DNA of 64,000 nt from Methylophilaceae bacterium (GCA_014378915.1 JACMMS010000011.1:4431-68430); one strand, 5' to 3'. Shown: positions 10,865 to 21,450, counted from the stretch's first letter. A program made the numbers and translations. The notes: generated by a model from the letters alone, not told the origin.

Positions 10865-11550
10865 TTATCTTTTCTATTTAGTTCTGCACTTAATTTTTCT
10901 AGCGCACCTTGCGCTGCTTTTTGCTCGGCAGCGCGGCGGCTAACACCCTCACCTGATGTTCGACAATTCAGTTTAGCAATCACGCATTCCACACGAAAAA
11001 CCTGTGCATGCGCCTCACCTTCAATAGCAATCACTTGATAATCTGGTGTATCGATTTTACGCGCTTGCAAAATTTCTTGTAGTAATGATTTTGAATCTTT
11101 GCCAATGACTTTGGGATCAATATTCTCCAGCAAGTTGGCATAGAGTTTGATGACTAAGGCCTCAGCTGCGGCGTAGCCACCATCCAGGTATATTCCACCA
11201 ATAATCGCTTCGAGAGCATCAGCTAAAATAGATGGCCTGCGCCAACCGGCGCTTTTAAGCTCGCCTTCACCCAATTTCAGTGCATCCCCTAAATCGAGTG
11301 AAAATGCAATATCAAACAGTGTTGCCTCTTTGACCATTTGCGCACGCAAACGGCTTAAATCACCTTCTGATGATTTAGGGAATCTTAAAAAAAGTTGGTG
11401 CGCAATAATAAAATTGAGCGCGCCATCTCCTAAAAACTCTAGGCGTTCATTATTTGATCCACTGTAACTACGGTGCGTTAACGCCTGTTCCAGTAGTTTT
11501 GGATTTTTAAATTGATAGTCTAATAGTTTACTTAAAGTATTGTGCACCAT
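10861..11550 (-). CDS. rnc: Ribonuclease III
   Basis: NERLEFLGD signature and a C-terminal dsRBD. Confidence 0.95.
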   Translation of the reverse strand: MVHNTLSKLLDYQFKNPKLLEQALTHRSYSGSNNERLEFLGDGALNFIIAHQLFLRFPKSSEGDLSRLRAQMVKEATLFDIAFSLDLGDALKLGEGELKSAGWRRPSILADALEAIIGGIYLDGGYAAAEALVIKLYANLLENIDPKVIGKDSKSLLQEILQARKIDTPDYQVIAIEGEAHAQVFRVECVIAKLNCRTSGEGVSRRAAEQKAAQGALEKLSAELNRKDK

Positions 11551-11563
11551 GGTTTACATACGA

Positions 11564-12487
11564 CTAGTGTACTGAGCTCCCAATTCGTTTAAATTCATCT
11601 AAGTTAAACCAGATGAAGAACGCTTTGCCGACTAAATTATTTTCTGACACAAAGCCCCACACGCGTCCATCAGAGCTGTTATCACGGTTATCGCCCATTG
11701 CAAAATAATGCCCTGCCGGCACTGTGACAGTTTGGCCATTAGCAAATTGGTCGCCAACACTATCTGGTGCGTACTCACCTACAATATTATGAATAAGAAT
11801 GTTGTGACTCACATCGCCAAGCTTCTCGGCCTCACGCCTAGCAGTAATCATATTAAGGCCTGGCATTTCATATTCATAATCAGCCACATAGCTTAGATCT
11901 TGCACTTGGCCGTTAATCGTTAATTGCTTACCTTTGTAAGATATTTTATCGCCTGGCAAGCCAATCACACGCTTAATGTAATCAATGGATGGATTAGGTG
12001 GAAAATGGAATACGAATACATCACCACGCTTAGGGTGGCCAACCTTAATAAAGGTTTTATTGGTAATTGGTGTTCGCAAACCGTAATCAAATTTATTCAC
12101 TAAAATGAAATCTCCAGCAAGCAGCGTTGGCATCATAGAGCCTGACGGGATCTTAAATGGCTCAACCACAAATGAACGAATGATAAATACTACCAAAATC
12201 ACTGGGAAGAAGCTTTTTGCGTATTCCAGCACTTCTGGTTCAGCTGCATTTTTACCCTGCTGTGCTTCGCGGCGACGTTTAAAAAATAATACATCACCTA
12301 GCCAAATACCACCAGTTAGCACAAGTACAAGCAACATAAACAAAGCAAATGGTATTTGGTCAGTTTTAACTAGCCATAATCCAGTTAGAATCAGCTCAGC
12401 GAATATAAACAAACCCAGAGTTAGTTTGCGTTGTACCAGCATAACAACGCCCGCTAATGCAATGGCGATAAAAATGTAGTTAATCAT
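11564..12487 (-). CDS. lepB: Signal peptidase I
   Basis: N-terminal TM segments, SGSMMPTL (catalytic Ser), YIKRVIGLPGD (Lys box) and GDNRDNSSDGR. Confidence 0.95.
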   Translation of the reverse strand: MINYIFIAIALAGVVMLVQRKLTLGLFIFAELILTGLWLVKTDQIPFALFMLLVLVLTGGIWLGDVLFFKRRREAQQGKNAAEPEVLEYAKSFFPVILVVFIIRSFVVEPFKIPSGSMMPTLLAGDFILVNKFDYGLRTPITNKTFIKVGHPKRGDVFVFHFPPNPSIDYIKRVIGLPGDKISYKGKQLTINGQVQDLSYVADYEYEMPGLNMITARREAEKLGDVSHNILIHNIVGEYAPDSVGDQFANGQTVTVPAGHYFAMGDNRDNSSDGRVWGFVSENNLVGKAFFIWFNLDEFKRIGSSVH

Positions 12488-12554
12488 TTATTCATTTATC
12501 CTATTTAGCTTTCAGTCTTACTTGGAAATCTTATTGAGCTCTAAATCTTATCTT

Positions 12555-12597
12555 TCTTCTACTCTATTTGTCTTCTACTCTATTTGTCTTCTACTCT
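12555..12597. repeat. 16-bp tandem duplication (2.7 copies) spanning the lepA stop codon
   Basis: TCTTCTACTCTATTTG at 12555-12570 and 12571-12586, plus partial TCTTCTACTCT at 12587-12597. On the minus strand the unit is AGTAGAAGACAAATAG, which is the last codons of lepA plus TAG. Confidence 0.9.
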
Positions 12598-14373
12598 GAG
12601 AATTGCCAAGAAAGCTTCTTGTGGAATTTCTACATTACCCACTTGCTTCATGCGCTTTTTGCCTTCTTTTTGTTTTTCTAGTAGTTTCTTCTTTCGACTA
12701 ATATCGCCACCATAACACTTTGCCAAGACGTTTTTACGCATGGCTTTAACCGTCTCGCGCGCAATAATATTAGCGCCGATTGAAGCTTGAATCGCTACAT
12801 CAAACATTTGGCGTGGGATTAACTCGCGCATCTTAGCCGCTACTTGGCGACCACGGAATACACTATTGCTGCGATGCACAATCAATGAAAGCGCATCCAC
12901 ACGCTCGCCATTCACCATAATATCTAACTTCACTAAATCAGCCGCTCTAAACTCTAAAAACTCATAATCCATTGAAGCATAACCACGCGAGACTGATTTT
13001 AATTTATCAAAGAAGTCCAGCACTACTTCATTGAGCGGCATTTCATAGCTCAGCATCACTTGCCGGCCCATGTATTGCATATTTTTTTGCACGCCACGTT
13101 TAGTCGTACACAAGGTCATCACAGGCCCCACGTAATCTTGCGGCATCAATAAATTAATATTAATCATCGGCTCACGAATCTCTTCAACACGAGAAGGCTC
13201 TGGTAAGCGTGATGGATTTTCAATTTGTACGACTTCGCCATTTTTAAGCAGTAATTCGTATACGACTGTTGGTGCAGTAGTAATTAAATCCATATCGTAC
13301 TCACGCTCTAAGCGCTCTTGTACGATTTCCATGTGCAACAAGCCTAAAAATCCACACCTAAAACCAAAACCTAATGCAGTAGAGTTTTCTGGCTCAAATA
13401 ATAATGAAGCATCATTTAAACTGAGCTTCTCAAGCGCAGTACGTAATGCCTCAAACTGATTGGACTCTGTTGGATACAAGCCAGCAAAAACTTGTGGCTG
13501 CACTTCTTTAAAGCCCTTTAGCGCTTCAGTTGCTTGGCGGTCTGCATGTGTTACTGTGTCGCCCACTTTGGCATCAGCCAACTCTTTAATACCAGCAATG
13601 ACAAAACCTACTTCACCAGCTGATAGTTGTGTACGTTGTACTGATTTTGGCGTAAATACACCCACTTGCTCGCTTAAATGCTGAGCACCTGTTGCCATCA
13701 AGCGGATTTTTTCTTTTGGTTTTAACGTGCCATCAATCACACGCACCAGCATCACCACGCCAACGTAATTATCAAACCAAGCATCTATCACTAATGCTTT
13801 GAGCGGTGCAGTTGGCTCGCCTACTGGTGGCGGTACTTTTAAGATAACCGCTTCTAATACATCTCGTACACCCTCACCTGTTTTAGCTGAACAACGTACC
13901 GCATCCGTTGCATCGATACCAATCACGTCTTCAATTTCTTGAATTACACGTTCGGGGTCTGCGGATGGCAAGTCAATTTTGTTAAGTACTGCGGTCACTT
14001 CTACACCTAAATCAAGTGCGGTATAACAGTTAGCCACACTCTGTGCTTCTACGCCTTGTGAGGCATCCACTACAAGTAACGCACCTTCACAAGCTGAAAG
14101 TGAGCGACTTACTTCATAGCTAAAATCCACATGCCCTGGTGTATCAATCAGGTTGAACTGATAAAGCTGACCATCTAACGCTTTATACTCCAGCGCGGCC
14201 GTTTGCGCTTTAATGGTAATGCCGCGCTCACGCTCTAAATCCATAGAATCAAGTACTTGCGCTTCCATTTCGCGCTCGGACAAACCACCGCACATATGAA
14301 TAATACGGTCAGCTAAAGTAGATTTTCCATGGTCAATATGGGCAATAATAGAGAAATTACGGATGTTTTTCAT
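12580..14373 (-). CDS. lepA: Translation elongation factor 4 (LepA)
   Basis: [18 protein letters not shown] and NKID motifs. 597 aa. Confidence 0.97.
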   Translation of the reverse strand: MKNIRNFSIIAHIDHGKSTLADRIIHMCGGLSEREMEAQVLDSMDLERERGITIKAQTAALEYKALDGQLYQFNLIDTPGHVDFSYEVSRSLSACEGALLVVDASQGVEAQSVANCYTALDLGVEVTAVLNKIDLPSADPERVIQEIEDVIGIDATDAVRCSAKTGEGVRDVLEAVILKVPPPVGEPTAPLKALVIDAWFDNYVGVVMLVRVIDGTLKPKEKIRLMATGAQHLSEQVGVFTPKSVQRTQLSAGEVGFVIAGIKELADAKVGDTVTHADRQATEALKGFKEVQPQVFAGLYPTESNQFEALRTALEKLSLNDASLLFEPENSTALGFGFRCGFLGLLHMEIVQERLEREYDMDLITTAPTVVYELLLKNGEVVQIENPSRLPEPSRVEEIREPMININLLMPQDYVGPVMTLCTTKRGVQKNMQYMGRQVMLSYEMPLNEVVLDFFDKLKSVSRGYASMDYEFLEFRAADLVKLDIMVNGERVDALSLIVHRSNSVFRGRQVAAKMRELIPRQMFDVAIQASIGANIIARETVKAMRKNVLAKCYGGDISRKKKLLEKQKEGKKRMKQVGNVEIPQEAFLAILRVEDK

Positions 14374-14435
14374 AGTTAATTTTTAGAGCTAATCTGAGTC
14401 AATTTTATGCTTATAATTCATAGTTACAAATAAAT

Positions 14436-14454
14436 AAGGCGCATGAAGCGCCTT
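14436..14454. terminator. GC-rich hairpin flanked by A/T runs (possible bidirectional terminator or attenuator upstream of lepA)
   Basis: AAGGCGC-ATGAA-GCGCCTT followed by TT on the plus strand and by a U-rich tract on the minus strand. Confidence 0.35.
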
Positions 14455-14563
14455 TTAAAAATTAAACAGCATTTTACAGCAAATGCTTGATTAACATAAG
14501 ATTTAATAATAGAGCCCTTTGCAGGAGGTAAAAAAACAGCTCTATATCCTATAAATTAGCCTT

Positions 14564-14644
14564 TTTCGTCTTTCCCGCAAACGCGGGAATTCATTTTAAT
14601 CAACGAGTTAGATGAGTCCCCGACAATCGCTAAGAATGACGAAA
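14564..14644. repeat. Small palindromic (dRS3-like / MITE-like) element
   Basis: The left arm TTTCGTCTTTCCCGCAAACGCGGGAATTC contains TTCCC-N8-GGGAA. The right arm reverse-complements to TTTCGTCATTCTTAGCGATTGTCGGGGACTC. The arms are two diverged inverted copies about 25 nt apart. Confidence 0.45.
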
Positions 14645-14712
14645 TAGAGAGTTTTTTTGGGTGTCAAATCACCTAATTTAAATGGTAGCCGTTTAATAAA
14701 GCATTACGTTAT

Positions 14713-14737
14713 AAAAGCCCACTTTAAGTGAGCTTTT
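14713..14737 (-). terminator. Rho-independent terminator candidate after degP
   Basis: Minus-strand RNA AAAGCUCAC-UUAAA-GUGGGCUUUU (9-bp stem with one G-U pair) starts 13 nt after the degP stop. Confidence 0.5.
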
Positions 14738-14749
14738 AAAGCAGCCAAG

Positions 14750-16189
14750 TTATTTCCCAGTAACTTTCAAGGGTACATATAGCGTATTTTCGCCTCGTAA
14801 CACTAACAGTGCCAAAGCTTTACCATTTGGACTAACAACAAGCAACTTGTTAAACTGATCTAAACTTTGCACTTCAGTATTGTTTATGCCTAAAATTACA
14901 TCTCCACGACTAATACCTGCTTGAGCAGCCACCCCTTGTGAATCAACCACTAACAAGCCACTTTTGCCTTTAATTTTTTTCTTTTGTTGCGGGGTAAGTT
15001 CTTTTAGCACCAATCCTAATTTATTGACCTCAGGTTTTGCCGGAGCTTTAGGCACAGCTGCATTATCAGTAGGATCAGTTGGCATTTCGCCTACACCCAT
15101 ACTCAGTGTTTTTATGCCACCTTTGCGCAAAACCTCCACTGGCACAATTTTGCCTGGCTTGGTGATACCTACTACGCGCGGCAAGTCATTAGAAGTGATA
15201 ATTGATTTACCATCAAACTTAGTAATCACATCACCAGCTTCTAAGCCGCCTTTATCGGCTGGGCCATTTTTCTCAACGCCTGCAATAAGTGCACCGTTAG
15301 TATTTTTCATACCGAATGAATCTGCAAGTTCTTTGTTAATTTCTTGAATCGCAACCCCTAACCAGCCACGACTAATTTTTCCTGTTGCTTTTAGCTGATT
15401 AGAAACATCTATCGCAACATCGATTGGAATTGAAAATGACAATCCTACTGAACCACCCGTGCGGCTATAAATTTGCGAGTTAATGCCAACCACTTCACCA
15501 GATAAATTAAACAATGGCCCGCCTGAGTTTCCTGGATTAATCGCGACATCGGTTTGAATGAATGGTACATAGTTTTCTTGCGGTAAAGCGCGACCTTTTG
15601 CACTCACTATACCTGCCGTCATTGTGTTTTCTAAGCCAAATGGTGAACCAATCGCTGCGACCCACTCACCTACTTTTAATTTTGTTGGATCTCCAAACGT
15701 GACTTTAGGTAAACCTGAAGATTCTATTTTTACTAGTGCAACATCTGTACGACGGTCAGCGCCGATAATTTTGGCTTTAAACTCACGTTTATCGAACAGC
15801 TTCACAACGACTTCATCTGCCTCACTCACCACATGCGCATTAGTTAAAATGTAACCATCATTACTAATGATAAACCCTGAGCCTAATGATTGCGTTTTGT
15901 AATCTTGTTGTGGTGCACCACCCTGCCCATTAGGAAAGCTTGGCATTGGGATGCCAAAATGCTTGAATAAATCTTGCATGCCATCATCATCCAACATGCT
16001 GGGCATACCCGCAGTATTCGCATGCATCACTTGAGTAATGCTGATATTAACCACTGCAGGGCTTTGTTTTTCATATAACTCTGTAAAGTCTGGCAGATCT
16101 TTTGCGAAAGCAATTTGATTGATAAAAATATGAAAAAAACAAACACTTAATACAACAATATATTTTCTTATTATAGATTTTTTTTGCAT
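14750..16189 (-). CDS. degP: Periplasmic serine endoprotease DegP/MucD family (two PDZ domains)
   Basis: Signal peptide, TNAHV (His), RTDVAL (Asp) and GNSGGPL (Ser). Two PDZ-like C-terminal repeats. Confidence 0.92.
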   Translation of the reverse strand: MQKKSIIRKYIVVLSVCFFHIFINQIAFAKDLPDFTELYEKQSPAVVNISITQVMHANTAGMPSMLDDDGMQDLFKHFGIPMPSFPNGQGGAPQQDYKTQSLGSGFIISNDGYILTNAHVVSEADEVVVKLFDKREFKAKIIGADRRTDVALVKIESSGLPKVTFGDPTKLKVGEWVAAIGSPFGLENTMTAGIVSAKGRALPQENYVPFIQTDVAINPGNSGGPLFNLSGEVVGINSQIYSRTGGSVGLSFSIPIDVAIDVSNQLKATGKISRGWLGVAIQEINKELADSFGMKNTNGALIAGVEKNGPADKGGLEAGDVITKFDGKSIITSNDLPRVVGITKPGKIVPVEVLRKGGIKTLSMGVGEMPTDPTDNAAVPKAPAKPEVNKLGLVLKELTPQQKKKIKGKSGLLVVDSQGVAAQAGISRGDVILGINNTEVQSLDQFNKLLVVSPNGKALALLVLRGENTLYVPLKVTGK

Positions 16190-16228
16190 ACTTGATCCTT
16201 ATTTCAAAGATAATTGAATAACATGTGA

Positions 16229-16747
16229 TTACAAATTGGGTGAATATGAAATGCGTAATATCACAGCTTTATTTTTAGTGGGATAACTTTGGGATGCTGT
16301 ATACCCTTTAAGCCAAATAAAACCAAAAGTGAGGCCAGTAACTGCACCAATAACCGCGTATAAATCCGCTTGATTTGGTGAGTCTGTAACAATGGTTGTA
16401 CTCATCAACGCTCCCAACATCATGGTTGCAAGCGGCAATGCATAAAGCAATAATGCACTTTTGAGTACGACTTGCTCATCAATGCCGACAATCACACCAT
16501 CACCCACCTTTGCATTAACCGTGTTGCTGGCCTTAAAGCTGCTAGGTTTATGTGCAAAAATTTTACCCCATATAGCATTACCGCATCCGCGTGTTTGACC
16601 ACAAATACCGCATGGGGCATGGCGCATAATTTCAAGTATGGCGACACTTGATTCGGTGGCAGACTGCGTATTTTTTGGAGTAGCGCTTGATAAATTTTTA
16701 GTGACTAAATTTTCAATCGCAATGACAATGGCTTGTTGTTCTATCAT
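16229..16747 (-). CDS. rseC: RseC/MucC family sigma-E regulatory protein
   Basis: CGICGQTRGCG motif and two C-terminal TM segments. Position between rseB and degP. Carries a low-complexity insertion near the N-terminus. Confidence 0.7.
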   Translation of the reverse strand: MIEQQAIVIAIENLVTKNLSSATPKNTQSATESSVAILEIMRHAPCGICGQTRGCGNAIWGKIFAHKPSSFKASNTVNAKVGDGVIVGIDEQVVLKSALLLYALPLATMMLGALMSTTIVTDSPNQADLYAVIGAVTGLTFGFIWLKGYTASQSYPTKNKAVILRISYSPNL

Positions 16748-16799
16748 TTCAAGGTTTGAATAAAATTTAAATGATGCTAATTATTTTAACCTTAAAATA

Positions 16800-17777
16800 T
16801 TACTTGAAGCTTACAGCTTTGGACATTTCCATCACAGTAGTTGCTGGGACTTCACCAATTACAATAATTTGATGACCTGCATTCACATTGGCACACATAT
16901 TCGTAGAACCCATTGTAATGTGACCAGTTTTAGGTCTCACGCCCTTAGATACAGGTTCTATAAACAATGAAACTGCAGCCAAACCATCAGAATAAATAAG
17001 CTGATTTACAATCACATTTTTGTTAGGAACTTTGATCTCAATTTGGTCGATTTTACGATAACCAGGGGGCAATACACTAATTTGCCAATTACCTCCGTTG
17101 GCGTGGCTCGATTGCGTAGCATCATCTACCACATAGCTTTTACTCACGTCAATTTTAGGTTGTACAGAACTTGACTTAGGATTGTTAATAAAATCAATTT
17201 GGTTAAACTCAACCTGCTCTAAAGTTTCATTTTTATAAAGCAACATCATTTTTAATAACAAGTTGTTTTCTTCATCCACCCATAACTTGTAGTTATAGCG
17301 ATAATTATCTTTAGACTCTAAATAAATAATCTGTGTGGATCTGCCGCTTACAGCCTCGTTTACTCCTAGCCTAGCTGAATAACTAATTTTAATCGTGTCT
17401 AAACTACTAGGCAATATGGCAGGAAAAAGATTTTGCCCATGGCGCTTCTCCATCACTACCTTGTCATTTTTTGGCTTGATGATAACGACATCTTTGCCTT
17501 TACTATATACTTCGCGCGGCTCGCCTTCCATGACGGTATTGCGCGCAAACTCATTAGTGCCATCATTAATGTGCACAATTTGTACAGTGCGCAACTGGCT
17601 ACCATTTTGATAAACAAATATTCCGCTATAGTTAAGGCTGCGGGCAGCTATTGCGGTTTTTTGCAGAGTGGTCCAAACATCTTCAGCATAAGCTTGCGTC
17701 TGAAATAGCAAGGTAATAGACGCAAAAAAAACTGCTGCATGTTTTACAGCTAGATTTAGCTTAAACACTTGCTTCAT
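16800..17777 (-). CDS. rseB: Sigma-E factor regulatory protein RseB/MucB
   Basis: 325 aa with a signal peptide and a MucB/RseB-like sequence (LNYSGIFVYQNG...). Overlaps the rseA stop by 4 nt. Confidence 0.85.
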   Translation of the reverse strand: MKQVFKLNLAVKHAAVFFASITLLFQTQAYAEDVWTTLQKTAIAARSLNYSGIFVYQNGSQLRTVQIVHINDGTNEFARNTVMEGEPREVYSKGKDVVIIKPKNDKVVMEKRHGQNLFPAILPSSLDTIKISYSARLGVNEAVSGRSTQIIYLESKDNYRYNYKLWVDEENNLLLKMMLLYKNETLEQVEFNQIDFINNPKSSSVQPKIDVSKSYVVDDATQSSHANGGNWQISVLPPGYRKIDQIEIKVPNKNVIVNQLIYSDGLAAVSLFIEPVSKGVRPKTGHITMGSTNMCANVNAGHQIIVIGEVPATTVMEMSKAVSFK

Positions 17778-18346
17778 TTTTGCTTAGAATCTACTGCTGA
17801 ACCAGCATAGGCCGCCTGCATGTAATAAGCAGCTGCATTTGGCGCTGCATTGTGATGTGCTTGTAAATATTCTAACGGTAGGCTTTGTGCAATTTCAATT
17901 GGAGCCAATTCACTAGTCGCTGCATTTTGTTGCAAAACCATATAGCCTACAAACATCACCGCGGTAACCGAGGCAGCGACGGACCAAATGGGCATTGATG
18001 TAATAATGCTTTTTTTAGTAAAATTAATCGATGATTTATCTTTTATGTCAGAAATTTTGACTACCTTATTTATTTCAAGTTTCTCCAAAGCTGGTTCTAT
18101 CTCAAGTGTTTGCATAACCCGCGCTTTAAAATTTGGAGGCATCGTGTTATCACCACGCATGATGTCACCGATTAAATGGTATTGTGCCCAACACTGGCTA
18201 ATATCACCCGACGACTTTGCTGATGTAATTAAGTACTCTGCATTTGTCAATTCAAATTCGCCATCAATTAAGGCTGATAATTGGTCTTTCATGTCTTTCT
18301 CCATCATATTCTTAACTACAACACTCGATGCAGCTGCATCTCGCAC
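17774..18346 (-). CDS. rseA: Anti-sigma-E factor RseA/MucA-like
   Basis: The motif ..KDQLSALIDGEF.. is typical of the RseA N-terminus. One central TM segment. The likely true start is an internal Met (about 18292-18307). Confidence 0.7.
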   Translation of the reverse strand: MRDAAASSVVVKNMMEKDMKDQLSALIDGEFELTNAEYLITSAKSSGDISQCWAQYHLIGDIMRGDNTMPPNFKARVMQTLEIEPALEKLEINKVVKISDIKDKSSINFTKKSIITSMPIWSVAASVTAVMFVGYMVLQQNAATSELAPIEIAQSLPLEYLQAHHNAAPNAAAYYMQAAYAGSAVDSKQK

Positions 18347-18370
18347 TTACAATTTAAAGCGTATTAATTA

Positions 18371-19003
18371 CTACCATCTTTTGTTTTCAGGCGTATCAAG
18401 CAGAGGACGCAGCTTCACTGCAATGGTTTCGCGTGCTCTAAATATACGTGAACGCACTGTCCCAATAGGACATTGCATGACAGTTGCAATTTCTTCATAG
18501 CTCAGCCCTTCAAGCTCGCGCAGAGTAATCGCTGTACGCAGCTCCTCTGGCAAAGCGGCAACAGTATCGTTGACAGTTTGTGCAATTTGCTTAGTCATCA
18601 ACTCAGTTTCTGGTGTTTCCATAGTGCGCATTTCATTGCCACCGTCAAAATTTTCTACATCTTCAATTTCAATTTCAGCAATTATTTTGGGTTTGCGACC
18701 CATAGATACTAAATAATTTTTTGCAGTGTTAATACCAATACGGTACAACCAAGTGTAAAAGGCGCTATCCCCACGGAAATTGTGTAAGGCGCGATAAGCT
18801 TTAATAAACGTCTCTTGCACAACGTCTTCTACTTCGGTTTGGTCACGTATCATGCGCGCAAGCAATCGGCCAAGTTTACGATTATACTTTTCCACTAACA
18901 TGCCAAAAGCACGTTTATCTCCCTGCTGTGCACGTTCTACCAAGAGTTGATCTAATTCACGATTCCCTGCGACTGGCGTGCCAGAAGTTGGCAAGTTGCC
19001 CAT
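18371..19003 (-). CDS. rpoE: RNA polymerase sigma-E factor (ECF, RpoE/AlgU)
   Basis: LVERAQQGDKRAF, DSAFYTWLYRIGINTAKN and LRELEGLSYEEIATVMQCPIGTVRSRIFRARE. I chose the Met at 19003 (GGAG 10 nt upstream). The ORF track extends to 19138, but the extra 45 aa are unlike any RpoE. Confidence 0.9.
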   Translation of the reverse strand: MGNLPTSGTPVAGNRELDQLLVERAQQGDKRAFGMLVEKYNRKLGRLLARMIRDQTEVEDVVQETFIKAYRALHNFRGDSAFYTWLYRIGINTAKNYLVSMGRKPKIIAEIEIEDVENFDGGNEMRTMETPETELMTKQIAQTVNDTVAALPEELRTAITLRELEGLSYEEIATVMQCPIGTVRSRIFRARETIAVKLRPLLDTPENKRW

Positions 19004-19246
19004 TGAGGTGTTGCTCCCTGTATGTGTCTTTTTAACACCCACAGTATACCCTTGTGATGAGGGTTGTACAAAACTAGTACGAGCTAACGATCCAATATTG
19101 ACTGCTAAATTGACAGTTTCATTCACTCTATTAAACATCCCGACTCTCCCGATATTTTACCAAATATTTTTTAAGTATTTTTTTCGCTTAACTTATTAAT
19201 ACGATTTATCTAATAAAACTTTGTAACTAATTGATAGCCTACAAAC

Positions 19247-19274
19247 ACAGACCTCGTTACACTAATGTAAGTTC
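19247..19274 (-). promoter_or_regulatory. Candidate sigma-E-dependent (autoregulated) promoter of the rpoE operon
   Basis: The minus strand reads GAACTT-N17-TCTGT, close to the AlgU/RpoE consensus GAACTT-N16/17-TCTGA. It lies about 240 nt upstream of the chosen rpoE start. Confidence 0.45.
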
Positions 19275-19279
19275 ATTGA

Positions 19280-20935
19280 TTGATAGATTTTAGACCATAC
19301 AATATGCAACAATTTGATGTATTAATTATCGGTTCGGGTTTAGCGGGTTTAACGCTTGCGCTTAATTTGGCAGATAGCAAAAAAGTTTGTTTGGTAAGTA
19401 AACGTGCCATTTCTGATAGCGCAAGTAGCTGGGCGCAAGGAGGCATTGCTGCAGTGTTTAATGACGACGATTCTATTGAAGCGCACATTGAAGATACTTT
19501 AATTGCTGGCGCAGGCTTGTGTGATGTTGAAGTCACACGCCTAGTCGCAGAGCATGGGCGAGAAACCGTAGAATGGCTAATTGAGCAAGGTGTTATTTTC
19601 ACCCGCGAAGATGATGATAGCGGTTACCACTTAACCCGTGAAGGCGGGCATAGTCATCGCCGCATTGTACATGTTGCCGACGCCACAGGCTATGCCGTGC
19701 AAAAAACACTGGCAGAACGCGTGCGTGAGCATGCCAACATCACGCTTTTAGAAGATCATATCGCAGTCGATTTAATTACCGTACGCAAACTAGCGCATCA
19801 AAAATTGATTCAGCATGATGAACATGCAAAAGCTGATAACTGTTTAGGTGCTTATGTGTTAGATAACAAATCTGGCAAAGTGCTCACCATAGCGGCGCAG
19901 CAAACTGTGCTAGCCACTGGCGGCACAGGTAAAGTGTACTTGTATACCACTAACCCCGATGTCAGCACAGGTGATGGCGTAGCGATGGCGTGGCGCGCAG
20001 GTTGTCGTGTAGCCAATATGGAGTTTATTCAATTTCATCCTACTTGCTTGTATCACCCCAAAGCTAAGTCATTTTTAATTAGTGAAGCCGTACGCGGCGA
20101 AGGCGGGCTACTTATATTAGGTGATGGCACCCGCTTTATGCCTGCTTATGACGAACGTGGCGAACTTGCCCCGCGCGATGTGGTAGCGCGCGCCATTGAC
20201 TTTGAGATGAAAAAACGTGGGCTAGATTGCGTGTATTTAGATATTACGCATAAGCCATTGGCATTTATTAAATCGCATTTCCCTAATATTTATGCCCGTT
20301 GTTTGGAATTGGGGATTGATATTAGCCGTGAACCCATTCCCGTTGTTCCTGCAGCACATTACAGTTGTGGCGGCATAATGACAGACCACGCGGCACGTAC
20401 CGATATACCGAATTTATATGCGATTGGTGAAACAGCTTGTACAGGGCTGCATGGCGCAAATCGCCTAGCAAGCAACTCATTGTTAGAGTGCTTAGTATTT
20501 GGGCAAGCAGCAGCAGTAGATATCATGCAGCAGACAGCAAAAACGCTCCCCCAATTGCCGTATTGGGATGAAAGCCGTGTAACCGATGCCGACGAGGAAG
20601 TGCTTATTACGCATACTTGGAATGAGCTACGTCGTTTTATGTGGAATTACGTTGGTATTGTGCGCACAAACAAACGTCTGAGCCGCGCCTTACATCGTAT
20701 CTATATGTTGCGTGATGAGGTAGATGAGTTTTATAGCAACTTTAGAGTGAGTAATAACTTAATTGAGTTGCGTAATTTGCTACAAGTGGCCGAACTCATT
20801 GTTAATAGCGCCATGAAGCGTCATGAAAGCCGCGGTTTACATTATAGTCGTGATTATCCTAACACTGATATTGAGCCTATTCCAACAGTACTTGAACCAT
20901 CAAACTATTTGAGCTTGCTTGGTAATAAACATTAA
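19280..20935 (+). CDS. nadB: L-aspartate oxidase
   Basis: [15 protein letters not shown]-binding fold and conserved NadB blocks ([29 protein letters not shown]). Divergent from rpoE as in E. coli and Pseudomonas. The start is probably Met at 19304. Confidence 0.95.
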   Translation: MIDFRPYNMQQFDVLIIGSGLAGLTLALNLADSKKVCLVSKRAISDSASSWAQGGIAAVFNDDDSIEAHIEDTLIAGAGLCDVEVTRLVAEHGRETVEWLIEQGVIFTREDDDSGYHLTREGGHSHRRIVHVADATGYAVQKTLAERVREHANITLLEDHIAVDLITVRKLAHQKLIQHDEHAKADNCLGAYVLDNKSGKVLTIAAQQTVLATGGTGKVYLYTTNPDVSTGDGVAMAWRAGCRVANMEFIQFHPTCLYHPKAKSFLISEAVRGEGGLLILGDGTRFMPAYDERGELAPRDVVARAIDFEMKKRGLDCVYLDITHKPLAFIKSHFPNIYARCLELGIDISREPIPVVPAAHYSCGGIMTDHAARTDIPNLYAIGETACTGLHGANRLASNSLLECLVFGQAAAVDIMQQTAKTLPQLPYWDESRVTDADEEVLITHTWNELRRFMWNYVGIVRTNKRLSRALHRIYMLRDEVDEFYSNFRVSNNLIELRNLLQVAELIVNSAMKRHESRGLHYSRDYPNTDIEPIPTVLEPSNYLSLLGNKH

Positions 20936-20959
20936 TTTCAATGCGGTTAAAATACAAAC

Positions 20960-21450
20960 TTGAAGATTCATTACTGGCTTTTTTGCATTAGTTTTTTGTG
21001 TTTAGAAAGCACATATGCGGATGAAAGTATCGCTTATATTTACGATGGCGATACAGTAAAAATTCATGATAAAACAGGTGACTTTAAACTACGATTAAGC
21101 GAAATAGATACACCAGAACTCAACCAAGCTTATGGCAAAATAGCACGTCGCGCTTTATCTAAACTATGCCCAAAAACTGCCATGGTTTAAGTCGATATTA
21201 GCGGCTCAGACCTCTACTACAGGCAGCTCGGGCATTTACAGTGTAATAAAATTGATGTTGCTATGTACTTAGTTGCGCATGGCTATGCTTGGCATTGCAC
21301 TTATTATTCACATAACATTGAGCTGCTAGCGCACAAATTTTAGCGCAAGTGCATCATTTAGGATTATGGAAAAATTTAGATGCTGTAGTACTCTGGATTT
21401 GGCAAAAAATCACACTAACTACTACAGCAATCATCACTCTCAGTAAATAA
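20960..21450 (+). pseudogene. Secreted thermonuclease (SNase-like) family, inactivated
   Basis: Signal peptide, then YDGDTVKI...LRLSEIDTPE (SNase motif). TAA at 21188-21190, further in-frame stops and a frameshift precede the conserved C-terminal ...HLGLWKN... block. The 3' limit is approximate. Confidence 0.7.

Noticed and set aside
12105-12479. 124-aa plus-strand ORF inside lepB, and the many similar 60-130-aa antisense ORFs in the track (for example 1370-1597, 5576-5887, 14964-15347, 37192-37524, 49818-50216, 52843-53268)
   Set aside because: All lie fully within, and antisense or out of frame to, strongly supported conserved genes. None shows a motif.
17988-18500. 170-aa plus-strand ORF overlapping rseA and rpoE
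   Set aside because: It is antisense to two well-supported genes and crosses their intergenic gap. There is no family resemblance, so it is a shadow ORF.
18371-19138. Long (255-aa) version of rpoE from the ORF track
   Set aside because: The first 45 residues have no counterpart in RpoE/AlgU proteins. Homology begins right after Met at 19003, which has a GGAG upstream. I kept it as an alternative only.
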